A DNA stretch of 64,000 nucleotides from a bacterium. GTDB lineage: Bacteria > RBG-13-61-14 > DATKZS01. The stretch lies in contig CAXXFL010000005.1 of the NCBI GenBank assembly GCA_963674965.2, forward strand, positions 32,001 through 96,000, read 5' to 3'. Numbering within the stretch: position 1 is the first letter of the stretch; every line of letters starts with the position of its first letter. Under the pieces are notes generated by a model. It saw only the letters and a program-made list of their open reading frames with translations. It made no database searches and was not told the origin of the DNA. The position numbers were made by a program, and so were the translations under genes. This document shows, piece after piece, positions 41,991 to 59,009 of this stretch.

Positions 41991-43424
41991 ATGCGGGCTA
42001 TGGTAATTAAAGAAACAAGAAAAACCAAGATCGTCTGCACCATCGGCCCGGCCAGCGAGTCGGCGGCGGTGCTGACGCGGCTGGTTCGGGAGGGCATGGA
42101 CGTCGCCCGTCTGAACTTTTCCCACGGCGACCACCGGGAGCACCGGGCCAAGCTTAAGCTGATCAGAAAGATTTCGGAGAGCGTTGGCCGGCCGGTGGCG
42201 GTGATCCAGGACCTGTCCGGTCCGAAAATCCGCACGGGCGAGCTTCCCCCCGAGGGTTTCGCGGTATCCGCCGGCGACGAGGCCCTTTTATGCGGCCGGC
42301 GCAAGACGCTGCGCGACGGAATCATCCCCGTCAGTTATCCGCGCCTTGCCGGAGACGTCAAGGTGGGCGACGCCATTCTTTTGGCCGACGGCACTATCGA
42401 GCTGAAAGTCACGAAAATCGAGGCGGGCCTCGTCAAGTGCCTGGTGATCGTGGGAGGCGTCATAGGCACGCATAAAGGCGTTAACATTCCCAGCGAGGCC
42501 CTTTCAGTCTCGGGCCTTACGGAAAAAGACCTCGCCGACCTCGAGTTCGCGGCCAAGGAGGACGTCGATTTCGTGGCCCTGTCCTTCGTAAGAAGCGAAA
42601 AGGACGTGCTAAAGCTCAAGAAAATTCTTAAGAAGCGCGGCAAGGAAATTCCGGTCATCGCCAAAATTGAAAAACCCCAGGCCCTCGAGCGGATCGACCG
42701 TATTATCGAGGCTTCCGACGGGATCATGGTGGCAAGGGGCGACCTGGGCGTCGAGATACCCCTCGAGGAAGTGCCGGTGGTGCAGAAGATGCTGATCCGC
42801 AAGTGCAACCAGACGGGCAAGCCCGTCATCACTGCCACCCAGATGTTACGGTCCATGGTGGACAGCCCGCGTCCGACTCGCGCGGAGGTAAACGATGTGG
42901 CCAACGCCATTTTCGACGGGGCCGACGCGGTCATGCTCAGCGAGGAGACGGCCTCCGGCAAGTACCCCGCCGAGGCGGTCAAGGTGATGAGCAAAATAGC
43001 CAAGTCGGTGGAAAAGGAAATCGCGGAAAACGCGCCTTTAAAGCCGCCTTACCCCTCGGACGACGCCGTGCCCGACGCCATCAGCTACTCGGCTTACCTG
43101 ATGGCCGAGGACCTCGAGACCAGGGCCATCATATGCCCCACCCGGACCGGGGCCACGGCCAAGCGCATCTCCCGGTACCGACCCGACCCGCCGATCCTGG
43201 CGCTTACGCCCCTGGTCGAAACCCAGCGTCGTCTTTGCCTTACCTGGGGGGCCATACCGGTCAGGACCAATGAGCTTGGCATGGAGGGGGACATCACCGA
43301 GGAGGCCCTTGAATGGGCCAAGAAAAAGCTGAACCTGAAGAAAGGGCAGCGAATAATCATTACCGCCGGCACCTCGACCTCGGACCCCGGCTCCACCAAC
43401 ACCATAAGGCTCGAGACCATCTAA
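41991..43424 (+). CDS. pyk: Pyruvate kinase
   Basis: TKIVCTIGPAS, RLNFSHG, MVARGDLGVE, ATQML.SM, AVMLSEETA. Confidence 0.96.
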   Translation: MRAMVIKETRKTKIVCTIGPASESAAVLTRLVREGMDVARLNFSHGDHREHRAKLKLIRKISESVGRPVAVIQDLSGPKIRTGELPPEGFAVSAGDEALLCGRRKTLRDGIIPVSYPRLAGDVKVGDAILLADGTIELKVTKIEAGLVKCLVIVGGVIGTHKGVNIPSEALSVSGLTEKDLADLEFAAKEDVDFVALSFVRSEKDVLKLKKILKKRGKEIPVIAKIEKPQALERIDRIIEASDGIMVARGDLGVEIPLEEVPVVQKMLIRKCNQTGKPVITATQMLRSMVDSPRPTRAEVNDVANAIFDGADAVMLSEETASGKYPAEAVKVMSKIAKSVEKEIAENAPLKPPYPSDDAVPDAISYSAYLMAEDLETRAIICPTRTGATAKRISRYRPDPPILALTPLVETQRRLCLTWGAIPVRTNELGMEGDITEEALEWAKKKLNLKKGQRIIITAGTSTSDPGSTNTIRLETI

Positions 43425-43490
43425 GAAAAAAGAGAAAAGAAAACGCGACCCTGGGCCGCGCTCTTCTCATTTTCTCGTTAAGGCGTGGTT

Positions 43491-44546
43491 TTAGTCTTCC
43501 ACTATCCCCTCCTTAAGAGCGTTCAAATCGTGGACGGGGACCGACTGGATGCAGTCACGATCGGGATTGTACATCACCCGATAGGTCACCCCGAAGTTGC
43601 ATTGCTCATACATATGCCGCCATCCCCGGACCACGCTGGGGCACTCGTCGTTGAAACAGATATAATAGTACTCGCTGTCCCACTCGAGGAACGGGTCCTC
43701 TGGAACTTTCCATTTCTTCATGCGCGCCCCGCAATGAGGGCACTTAAGATTATGTTTTATATCGGCTTTTCTGCGAACGACCTCTTTCTTTTCCACTTTG
43801 GCGGGAAGGTCCGATTCCAGCTTGGGAAGTTTTGTGACGCCGCCCTTTTTCTGAGCGTAAAGAGCAAAGACGGGGTCGCTGGGAACGCCAAGGGAATAGT
43901 ACTTGTCGTCCTTAGGCCTTGGCCATCCCATGGAAATATAAAGCTCGGGTTCGTCAAAGGCCCCTGACGCCGTGAAATATTCCCGCGCCAGCTCGACCCT
44001 TTCCTTTTCAGTCGCTTCCCTCCAGATTTTAACGACTTTTTTAGGAAACCACCGGTTCGAGAAAATCACCAGGAAAAGCCCGCCCGGCTTCAGGACCCTG
44101 CCAACCTCCTCGAATAAATCGAAGGGCCTCGTCATGTAGTCCACGGAAACCACGTTAAGAACAACGTCAAAGGAATTGTCGAGAAACGGGAGCTTGGGAT
44201 CCACGTTAAGATCATGCATTACCGCCTCGGTCACGGCCGGGTTATGTTCAAGCTCCCGCCGGTTAAGACCCAGCCCGACGACCTTGGCCGGGCGGACACG
44301 GTCGGGAATATGGGACTCCCATCCAGCCATAAGGTCCAGGATAACCGGTCTTTTATCGGTTATGAGCTTGCCGATTATCTCACTGACTTTATCCCTGGCC
44401 CTCGAGTCGAGGTGATGTACAAATCTGTCAATTTCGTAAAAACTGGAATCATCCCTTTCGTCCTCTCTCTCGAAAGCGTCCTTTTCTCCCAGGAAATTTA
44501 TAATAGAAGTCAAGTCTTCACATTTACGTACCGCGTAAACCATCAT
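43491..44546 (-). CDS. Class I SAM methyltransferase fused to a C-terminal Cys4 zinc-ribbon-like domain
   Basis: DDSSFY..DRFVHHLD, ILDLMAGW.SH, RVLKPGG, FSNRWFP; then CPHC...CFNDEC. AGGAGG RBS. Confidence 0.8.
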   Translation of the reverse strand: MMVYAVRKCEDLTSIINFLGEKDAFEREDERDDSSFYEIDRFVHHLDSRARDKVSEIIGKLITDKRPVILDLMAGWESHIPDRVRPAKVVGLGLNRRELEHNPAVTEAVMHDLNVDPKLPFLDNSFDVVLNVVSVDYMTRPFDLFEEVGRVLKPGGLFLVIFSNRWFPKKVVKIWREATEKERVELAREYFTASGAFDEPELYISMGWPRPKDDKYYSLGVPSDPVFALYAQKKGGVTKLPKLESDLPAKVEKKEVVRRKADIKHNLKCPHCGARMKKWKVPEDPFLEWDSEYYYICFNDECPSVVRGWRHMYEQCNFGVTYRVMYNPDRDCIQSVPVHDLNALKEGIVED

Positions 44547-44964
44547 TTTACCTCCTGATATTAGTTTATAATCCGGTTAGTTACGAGTATTTTTACCCTC
44601 AATTCAACCACCCCCTTTTTCAGGTTTGCCTTTAACCAATTTCCAAGCGGCCGACTAGGAAATTAAACAAATACCTGATTATAAGTTATGGCCTCTTCCG
44701 AGAATGTCAATGGATGAGATTGGCCGTTGATCCAGGCGATGTGAATCCCTTATCCAGAGTCCATTTCCAAACGGCTTCTCACTCTGACCGCTCATGCCGC
44801 CGCGTCCGATTAATATTTGGCAATGTTCACCCGACCTGTTAATATTAAACGCACACGGGAACTTTCCACGCCTTCCCCGCCATCGTCGCGAGGCTGGCAT
44901 AATGAGATCAAAAATCCGAGCCTGGACCTTACAAGGTCGGCCAAGTTTCATCGAGGAGAACGGC

Positions 44965-52659
<7,695 letters not shown>

Positions 52660-52685
52660 AGCATTAACGCGGCCGCGCCAAATTC

Positions 52686-52722
52686 AATCGGCCTCCCCCG
52701 GTCATGAGGGAGGCCGATTTGT
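52686..52722. terminator. Rho-independent terminator between convergent genes
   Basis: AATCGGCCTCCC ... GGGAGGCCGATT, 12 bp stem. Confidence 0.7.
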
Positions 52723-52792
52723 TCGCGAAAACGAAACCGACGCGAGCGTATATAGGTCCAAATTCGGATTGGCTTAGATATGAACGGCCGGC

Positions 52793-54115
52793 TCAGTCCC
52801 CCTCCAGGCACTTGGCCCTTCTTTCCATGTCCTCTTTAAAATAGGTGCCGGGCACAAGCTCGAGGATTCTTTTCTCCGTCTCGGCCAGGTCACGGCGGGT
52901 CAAGTGAGCCAGTCGTATGGGTTGGAGGTTGTAAAGATAATCCGAGTCCTCGGGGTTCTCGATGTTATAGGCCCCCATCTCGATCACCTTGTCGAAAAGC
53001 GCCGTGCCCGGCGCGGGCGTGGTGACCGCGATGGACACGCTGTTGGGCCGTATGCGCTCGACCAGGCGCACGGTCATCTCCAGCTCTTCCCTGGTTTCCT
53101 CCGGGGCCCCCAGCATGAGGAAGGCGTGAGTTCCGACGCCCATTTGTCTGCAAAGGTCGAAGGCCGCTATGGTCTGCTCGACCTTGATATTTTTCCTGTA
53201 GAAATCGAGCACCTTTTGCGACCCGCTCTCGACGCCGAAGGCTAGGCCGCGAAGGCCGCACCTTATCATCTGCCCGATGAGGGGGGCGTCGACCTGGTCG
53301 ACCCGGGCCTGACAGGAAAAGGTCGCGCTCTCGAGGCCTTGCCCCGCCATTTCCCGCTCGAAATCCACGAACCACTCCCTGCCCGCCAGGGCCATGGTGT
53401 CGTCTCTGAACAAAAAGGAATTGATTCCGTAATCCCGTTTTATGGAGGCCATCTCGCTTGCGATGCGCCTCACGCTCCTTCTCCGGATTTTCCTGCCGAA
53501 TATTTTGTCCTGCATGGGCTTGCAGAAAAGGCAGTTAAAGGGACATCCCCTGGTGGCCACGACCCCGATTTGAGTAAGGTCCCGCTTGAAGTACTCGTCG
53601 TATTTTATCAGCGACCGGTCGGGGTCGGGCAGGTCGTCCAGGTCCGGCTCGAAGGGGCGCTCGGGTCCGAAGACGACTTTATCTTCCTTGCGCGCGGCCA
53701 CTCCCGGCACGTCTCCCGGGAAGTCTCCTTTTTCCATGGCCCGGACAAGGTCCACGGCCGAGCGCTCTCCCTCGCCGATGACCACGGCGTCGAATCCCCT
53801 GGCCAGCGACTCCTCGGGCAGGGCCGTCCCGTGGGGGCCTCCCAGCACCACCGGGATTTCCGGCCTGGCCTGCTTGATCCTGTCCAGGACCCTGGCGGCC
53901 CTTCCGAAAAGAGCGGTCGAGGAGCTTATACCCACCATGTGGGCCCAATCCAGGGCCGCGTCGACCTCCTCGATGGGATCGAAGGTGAGGTCGATCATGC
54001 GGACCTCGTGCCCGTCCCCCGCGAGGGCCGCCGCCACGTGGCTGATGCCCAGCGGTTCCTGGAGCTTGCCAAAGGTGGGGTAGTCCCACCGAGGATAAAC
54101 GAATACCACGTTCAT
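52793..54115 (-). CDS. B12-binding radical SAM protein
   Basis: PLGI, VVLGGPH, GEGE, TRGCPFNCLFC, GVESGS. Start MNVVF at 54115 overlaps the mutS2 stop (ATGA). Confidence 0.9.
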   Translation of the reverse strand: MNVVFVYPRWDYPTFGKLQEPLGISHVAAALAGDGHEVRMIDLTFDPIEEVDAALDWAHMVGISSSTALFGRAARVLDRIKQARPEIPVVLGGPHGTALPEESLARGFDAVVIGEGERSAVDLVRAMEKGDFPGDVPGVAARKEDKVVFGPERPFEPDLDDLPDPDRSLIKYDEYFKRDLTQIGVVATRGCPFNCLFCKPMQDKIFGRKIRRRSVRRIASEMASIKRDYGINSFLFRDDTMALAGREWFVDFEREMAGQGLESATFSCQARVDQVDAPLIGQMIRCGLRGLAFGVESGSQKVLDFYRKNIKVEQTIAAFDLCRQMGVGTHAFLMLGAPEETREELEMTVRLVERIRPNSVSIAVTTPAPGTALFDKVIEMGAYNIENPEDSDYLYNLQPIRLAHLTRRDLAETEKRILELVPGTYFKEDMERRAKCLEGD

Positions 54116-56616
54116 GTGCCGCCTAACTCCTTGAGGACGACCATGGTGACCCCATCGCCCCCCTCTCCTTTTTGTCCGGGCCTGTATTCCTCCACGTAGG
54201 GGGAATCGGCCAGGAGCTCGCGAACGAACTGTTTGAGCGCCCCGGTCCCGTGACCGTGAATGACGAAAACGTTGGGCATGTTCCTTCTGCAACACTGATC
54301 CAGAAACGAGTCAACCTCCGTCTCCGCCTCGTGGACCCGCATGCCCCTTAAGTCAAGGGAATTGGATGACGTGGGCGGAAGCACGGGACTCGAGGTCCGG
54401 GCGTATTCCGAATAGACCGCGTCCCCCGACGGGGTTTTACCGGGAGCCGGCTCCCGCTTCTTCTTGGGCTTCTTGTGTAAAATGTCCCTTACCTCGGCCG
54501 GGCGCTTGGCGGGCGCCAGCCTTATCTTGCCCGCCTGCACCTTGACCTTGAGGTTGCCCATCTTGACCTTCACTTCCGTCGAGTCCAGCACCTTGCCCTT
54601 GGGCTTCTCGACGATTTCGGCCTCCATCCCGAGGGGGGCCACCCGCACCTTCGCGCCCTTGCTTATCTTGTTCCAGTCCGGCCGCTCTCCCGAGTCCTTT
54701 TCCGAGAAGGATGAGATGGCCGACTCGCGGACCTCCTTCAATCTCCGGCGGCCGTCGAGGGCGTCCTGGACCGAGCCGCCCCTTTCCTTGATCCCGTCGA
54801 TAATGGCGTTCAGTTCCTCCTCCGCCGAGGTCACCGCCTGACGTATGCCCGCCTGGACCCGCGAATTGAACTCCTTTTCCCGGGCCATGGCCCGCTTGCG
54901 AAGCTCACGGTAGTCCTCCGCCAGGCGCTCGACCGACCGCCTCTCGGCCTCGAGCTCGGTCCTTTCCTCGTCGGCCTTTTCGAGCCGGCGGGACAGCTCG
55001 GCCAGAAGCGACTCCATGTCTTGTTTGGAGCCGTCCACCATCGAGCGGGAACGCTCGACGAGGGGAGCGGGAAGACCGAGGCGGGCCGCCACCTCGATGC
55101 CCAGGCTGCGGCCGGGGACCCCCGGCACGACGCGATAGGACGGCGTCAGGTTATCGGGGTCGAAGCTGAAGCCCGCGTTCATGAATCCTTTCCTCTCATG
55201 GGCGTAGGACTTGAGAGCGGGAAAGTGAGTGGTGGCCATAACCACGGCCCCCTTTTCCATGAGGGCCGACAATATGGACGCCGCCAGGGCCGAACCTTCC
55301 TCGGGGTCGGTGGTGCTCATGATCTCGTCGAAAAGCACCAACGAGCCAGGCCCCGCGGCTCGGTAAATCCCGATCATGTCCTTCATCCGGCTCGAGAAAC
55401 TGGACAGGTCCTGGGAGATGTCCTGGCCGTCCCCGATCACCGAGAACAGGTCCTTGAACACGGCCAGGCGAGCCCCATCCTCAGCCGGCACGAACATGCC
55501 CGCCCTGCCCATGAGCGAGAAAAGACCCACCATGGTCAGGCTGACCGTCTTGCCCCCCGCGTTGGGTCCGCTCACCAGAAGGACCTTGACGTCCCCGCCC
55601 AGCTTGACGTCGTTGGGCACGACCTCGATCCCGCGTAGAGTCAGCAGGGGATGGCGGGCCTTTTTGAGGTCCATGATCCCCTCACCGTTCATGACGGGCC
55701 TTCCGGCCTTGAGATCGAGGGCCAGGCGGGCCCGGGCGCGGACGGCGTCCAGTTGGGTAAGGGACCTCTGGTCGGCCAGAATCACGTCGCCCTTTTCCGC
55801 GATGGAGGCGGCAAGTTCCCTTAATATCCGTTGAATCTCGGCCTCGATCTCGGCCTCGATCAGCCTGACCCTGTTGTTGGGCTCGACCAACTCGGCCGGC
55901 TCGACGTAGACGGTCTGGCCGCTGGCGGAGGTATCGTGGACGATGCCGTCGAATCTTTTCCTCTCCGATGCCTTTACGGGAATGACGTACCTTTGTCCCC
56001 TCTGGGTGTAATAGGAGTCCTGGAGGGGGGAGTCGCCTCCCGCTCTTGACACGATCTCGGAGAGCCTTCGGTGTATCCTTTCCTTGAGGGCCTTGTATTT
56101 CTTGCGCAAGGAGGATAACTCGGGACTGGCCGTGTCGAGGATCGAGCCGTCCCGGTCCACGCTCCTGGCCAGGGCCCTTCTCAGGTCCCGCGCCTCGTCC
56201 AGGGCGTCGGCCCACTCGTTCAGGAGCCGGGCCTCGGGATGGGCCTTGTAATAGGACCCGGCCTGGTTGGCGGCCGAGAGCACGTCCATTACCGCCACCA
56301 TCTCCAGCGGCTCGGGCACGCCGTTGGCCCGGGCCGTCTCGACCAGGCGGGACACGTCCTTGATGGCCGCGGCCGGCGGCGGGTCGCCCAGGGCGAAGAG
56401 GGCGACCATCTCGGCGGTCTCGTCGAGGGCGCGGTTGCAGGACTCGGGGCCCTCGAAAAGGACCGGGTCCAGACACTCGGCCTTGCCCGGCTCGCTCGCG
56501 GCCCGGGCGGCGAGGGCGCCAAGGAGTTCGAGCCACCCTATCGAGGCCAGGGTCTTTCGATAAAGGACCTCCTTTTCCGGCGCGCCGGTATTGGGCTTTG
56601 TATCGGTCGGTTTCAT
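54112..56616 (-). CDS. mutS2: Endonuclease MutS2 with Smr domain
   Basis: GIVHDTSASGQT, SGPNAGGKT, LSSFSS, TTHF, LDLRG...IHGHGTGAL. Confidence 0.94.
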   Translation of the reverse strand: MKPTDTKPNTGAPEKEVLYRKTLASIGWLELLGALAARAASEPGKAECLDPVLFEGPESCNRALDETAEMVALFALGDPPPAAAIKDVSRLVETARANGVPEPLEMVAVMDVLSAANQAGSYYKAHPEARLLNEWADALDEARDLRRALARSVDRDGSILDTASPELSSLRKKYKALKERIHRRLSEIVSRAGGDSPLQDSYYTQRGQRYVIPVKASERKRFDGIVHDTSASGQTVYVEPAELVEPNNRVRLIEAEIEAEIQRILRELAASIAEKGDVILADQRSLTQLDAVRARARLALDLKAGRPVMNGEGIMDLKKARHPLLTLRGIEVVPNDVKLGGDVKVLLVSGPNAGGKTVSLTMVGLFSLMGRAGMFVPAEDGARLAVFKDLFSVIGDGQDISQDLSSFSSRMKDMIGIYRAAGPGSLVLFDEIMSTTDPEEGSALAASILSALMEKGAVVMATTHFPALKSYAHERKGFMNAGFSFDPDNLTPSYRVVPGVPGRSLGIEVAARLGLPAPLVERSRSMVDGSKQDMESLLAELSRRLEKADEERTELEAERRSVERLAEDYRELRKRAMAREKEFNSRVQAGIRQAVTSAEEELNAIIDGIKERGGSVQDALDGRRRLKEVRESAISSFSEKDSGERPDWNKISKGAKVRVAPLGMEAEIVEKPKGKVLDSTEVKVKMGNLKVKVQAGKIRLAPAKRPAEVRDILHKKPKKKREPAPGKTPSGDAVYSEYARTSSPVLPPTSSNSLDLRGMRVHEAETEVDSFLDQCCRRNMPNVFVIHGHGTGALKQFVRELLADSPYVEEYRPGQKGEGGDGVTMVVLKELGGT

Positions 56617-58316
56617 TTTATCCTGGGCAGATAGGGCATGTGCGCGAGGACCCTCGCGTCGGCCATGGCTTCGTACTTAAGCGCGGTCCTTATCAGCGGC
56701 CCCGCGCCCGATGAGAAGGGAAGATGAAAAGGAAGGGACGGAAAGGACGGCCGCCCGGCGCGGGGCAGGCTGACCACCGGGACCCGCCTCGAGAGTGAAA
56801 TCCCCGCCATTTCCTTGGCCCGCTCGACGGCCTTGATCAGGTGTCCCAACTCGTCCACCAGGCCCAGGCCCCTGGCCTGGTCGCCCGTCCATACCCGGCC
56901 CTGGGCCGCCTTCTCCATCTCGGCCGCGTCGCGCTTTCTCGACTTCGCGGCCTTGTCCACGAAAATCTTGTAGACCGAGTCCATCTCCCGGCGCAGCTTG
57001 CCTCGGAGCTCGGGGGTGAGAGGCCCGTAGTCGGTCACGAGGTCGGCGTGTTTTCCCCTGGCCACCCTTTCCTTCTTGATGCCTATCTTCTCGTAGAGGC
57101 CCTTGAAGTTCATCTTGCCCCCGATAACCCCGATGGACCCGGTAAGGGTGGTGGGCGAGGCGATGATCTTATCGGCGGGCATGGCGATGTAGTATCCGCC
57201 CGAGGCGGCCACGTCGGCCATCGATGCGATAACGGGCTTGGTCTTGGCCAGCCTTACCACCTCGCGCCAGATGAGGTCCGAATGCACGGCCGAGCCGCCG
57301 GGGCTGTCCACCCGCAAAACGGCCGCGGCGATCGAGTCGTCCTCCCTGGCCTCGCGGAGGGCCCGACGCAGAGTGTCCGCGCCGATGGTCCCGTCGCCCC
57401 CGCCGTAATACCTGCTTTCGCCGCCGTGGATGGGGCCGGAGGCGGTAATGATGGCCAGGGTCTGGAGCTTCCGCCAGGGATCAGCCATGGAGGCCCGGGG
57501 ACCAAAGTACTTGAAGAACTTATCCAGGCCGACCCTCTTGACGGACAGGCCCATCCACTTCTCGATGTAGTCCTCCAGCTCGTCCTCATAAAGAAGGGCG
57601 TCCACCAGGCCCTCCTCCTTGGCCTCCTCCGAAAGCCAGGGACCGCCGTCGATAAGGCGGCGCACCTGGTCCTCGCTCATGCCCCGGCCCTCGGCCATGG
57701 CCTTTACCCACAGGCCGAAGATGCTGTCCAGCAGGGACTCGACCGCCTCCCGGTGGGCGCGGGACATGCCCTCGCGGGTGTAGGGCTCGATGGCGGACTT
57801 GTACTTGCCCGCCTGAAACATCTCCGGCTCGATGGCCAGCTTGTCCATGACCCCCTTGAAATACATGACCTCGCTGAGAAGGCCGGTAAGATAAAAGGGA
57901 GTACCGGGAGGGGCCACGACCTTGTCGCAGGCCGCGGCCAGTAGAAAGTCCACGTTCTCGGGCTGCTCGAGATAGGCGACCACGCGCTTGCCCCGGGCGC
58001 GGAAGCGGGCGATGGCCTCGGCCAGCTCGAAGGCCCGGCCCCACCCCAGGTCGTGTCTGGCCACCCGGAGGAGCGCGAGCTTGATCTGGGGGTTGTCCGC
58101 CGCCAGCTCGAGCCCGGACAGAAGGTCCCGCATGGTCAAGTGGGGCGCGGGCATAAGGCGGCGCCAGAGGCCGGAAAGGCCGGCCTCCTCGGGCACCTGG
58201 CCCGAGAGGAAGACGTCCAGGGCGTTAACGCTCGAGGCCCCGCGTCTCGATACCCAGGATGAAAGATTTGAAGCGCCGATGCCGGCGCTTCTTACCGTTT
58301 TGGATACTTGTCCCAT
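56613..58316 (-). CDS. sppA: Signal peptide peptidase SppA (two-domain S49)
   Basis: GKYKSA.EP, RVDSPGGS, AASGGY, TGSIGV, GRVWTG. Confidence 0.9.
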   Translation of the reverse strand: MGQVSKTVRSAGIGASNLSSWVSRRGASSVNALDVFLSGQVPEEAGLSGLWRRLMPAPHLTMRDLLSGLELAADNPQIKLALLRVARHDLGWGRAFELAEAIARFRARGKRVVAYLEQPENVDFLLAAACDKVVAPPGTPFYLTGLLSEVMYFKGVMDKLAIEPEMFQAGKYKSAIEPYTREGMSRAHREAVESLLDSIFGLWVKAMAEGRGMSEDQVRRLIDGGPWLSEEAKEEGLVDALLYEDELEDYIEKWMGLSVKRVGLDKFFKYFGPRASMADPWRKLQTLAIITASGPIHGGESRYYGGGDGTIGADTLRRALREAREDDSIAAAVLRVDSPGGSAVHSDLIWREVVRLAKTKPVIASMADVAASGGYYIAMPADKIIASPTTLTGSIGVIGGKMNFKGLYEKIGIKKERVARGKHADLVTDYGPLTPELRGKLRREMDSVYKIFVDKAAKSRKRDAAEMEKAAQGRVWTGDQARGLGLVDELGHLIKAVERAKEMAGISLSRRVPVVSLPRAGRPSFPSLPFHLPFSSGAGPLIRTALKYEAMADARVLAHMPYLPRIK

Positions 58317-58325
58317 GATTCGATT

Positions 58326-58958
58326 CTATTCGTTCACCTGGAGGTTTATATCCAGTATTTTGACGGGGGTGAGGGGCATATAGGGCCTGGGCTTTCCTCC
58401 CTTCGGCGTCACCTCGAGGGCGCCGATCCTTTCCACCGTGGCCATGCCCTCGTCCACCTCTCCGAACACGGAATAGAGTCCGTCCCGGAGCAGCCGGAGG
58501 TCCCGCAGGGTCACGTAGAACACGCTTCCCGCCTCGCTTTTTTCGTCCAGCGGGTTCCGGTCGAAGCCCACGGCCCCCTTGATATGGGGCGCGGAGGGCG
58601 ACTCGAGGGCCACGCCGTAGCCGGGCCCGCCTTCCCCCGTTCCCAACGGGCATCCTCCCTCGATCCAGAAGCCGGGTCGTATCTCGTGGAAGGTCAGTCC
58701 GTCGTAAAAGCCCTGCTTGACGAGCTTGATGAAGTGCCTGCAGTTTTCCGGGGCCCACTCCGGATGAAGCTTGATCCTGAAGCTCCCGAAATTGGTTTTC
58801 ACCACGGCCGAGAGCCTGGCCATGTCGGCCTCGGTCAATTCCTCGGCGCTCTTTTGCAGGACCGGGTCGTCGACCCTGGTTTTAGGATCGCATCCGGAGG
58901 CCGGAAAAAGCAATGCCAGCGTCGCGCATATAACAAATACACCGATTACTTTCTTCAT
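58326..58958 (-). CDS. Cyclophilin-fold lipoprotein with a degenerate active site
   Basis: Lipobox ASGC; APENC..F..L...GFYDGLTFH, GTGEGGPGY, SVFGEV..GM. Confidence 0.85.
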   Translation of the reverse strand: MKKVIGVFVICATLALLFPASGCDPKTRVDDPVLQKSAEELTEADMARLSAVVKTNFGSFRIKLHPEWAPENCRHFIKLVKQGFYDGLTFHEIRPGFWIEGGCPLGTGEGGPGYGVALESPSAPHIKGAVGFDRNPLDEKSEAGSVFYVTLRDLRLLRDGLYSVFGEVDEGMATVERIGALEVTPKGGKPRPYMPLTPVKILDINLQVNE

Positions 58959-59009
58959 GCTTTATCCACACCTCATATCAAGTTTTACGGCTTCTGTATC
59001 CCCGGGTCT

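Noticed and set aside
44600-44640. GGCAAACC on the minus strand suggesting a c-di-GMP-I riboswitch
   Set aside because: The GNRA-capped stem and the downstream GACGCAAAGC-type element are not recognisable.
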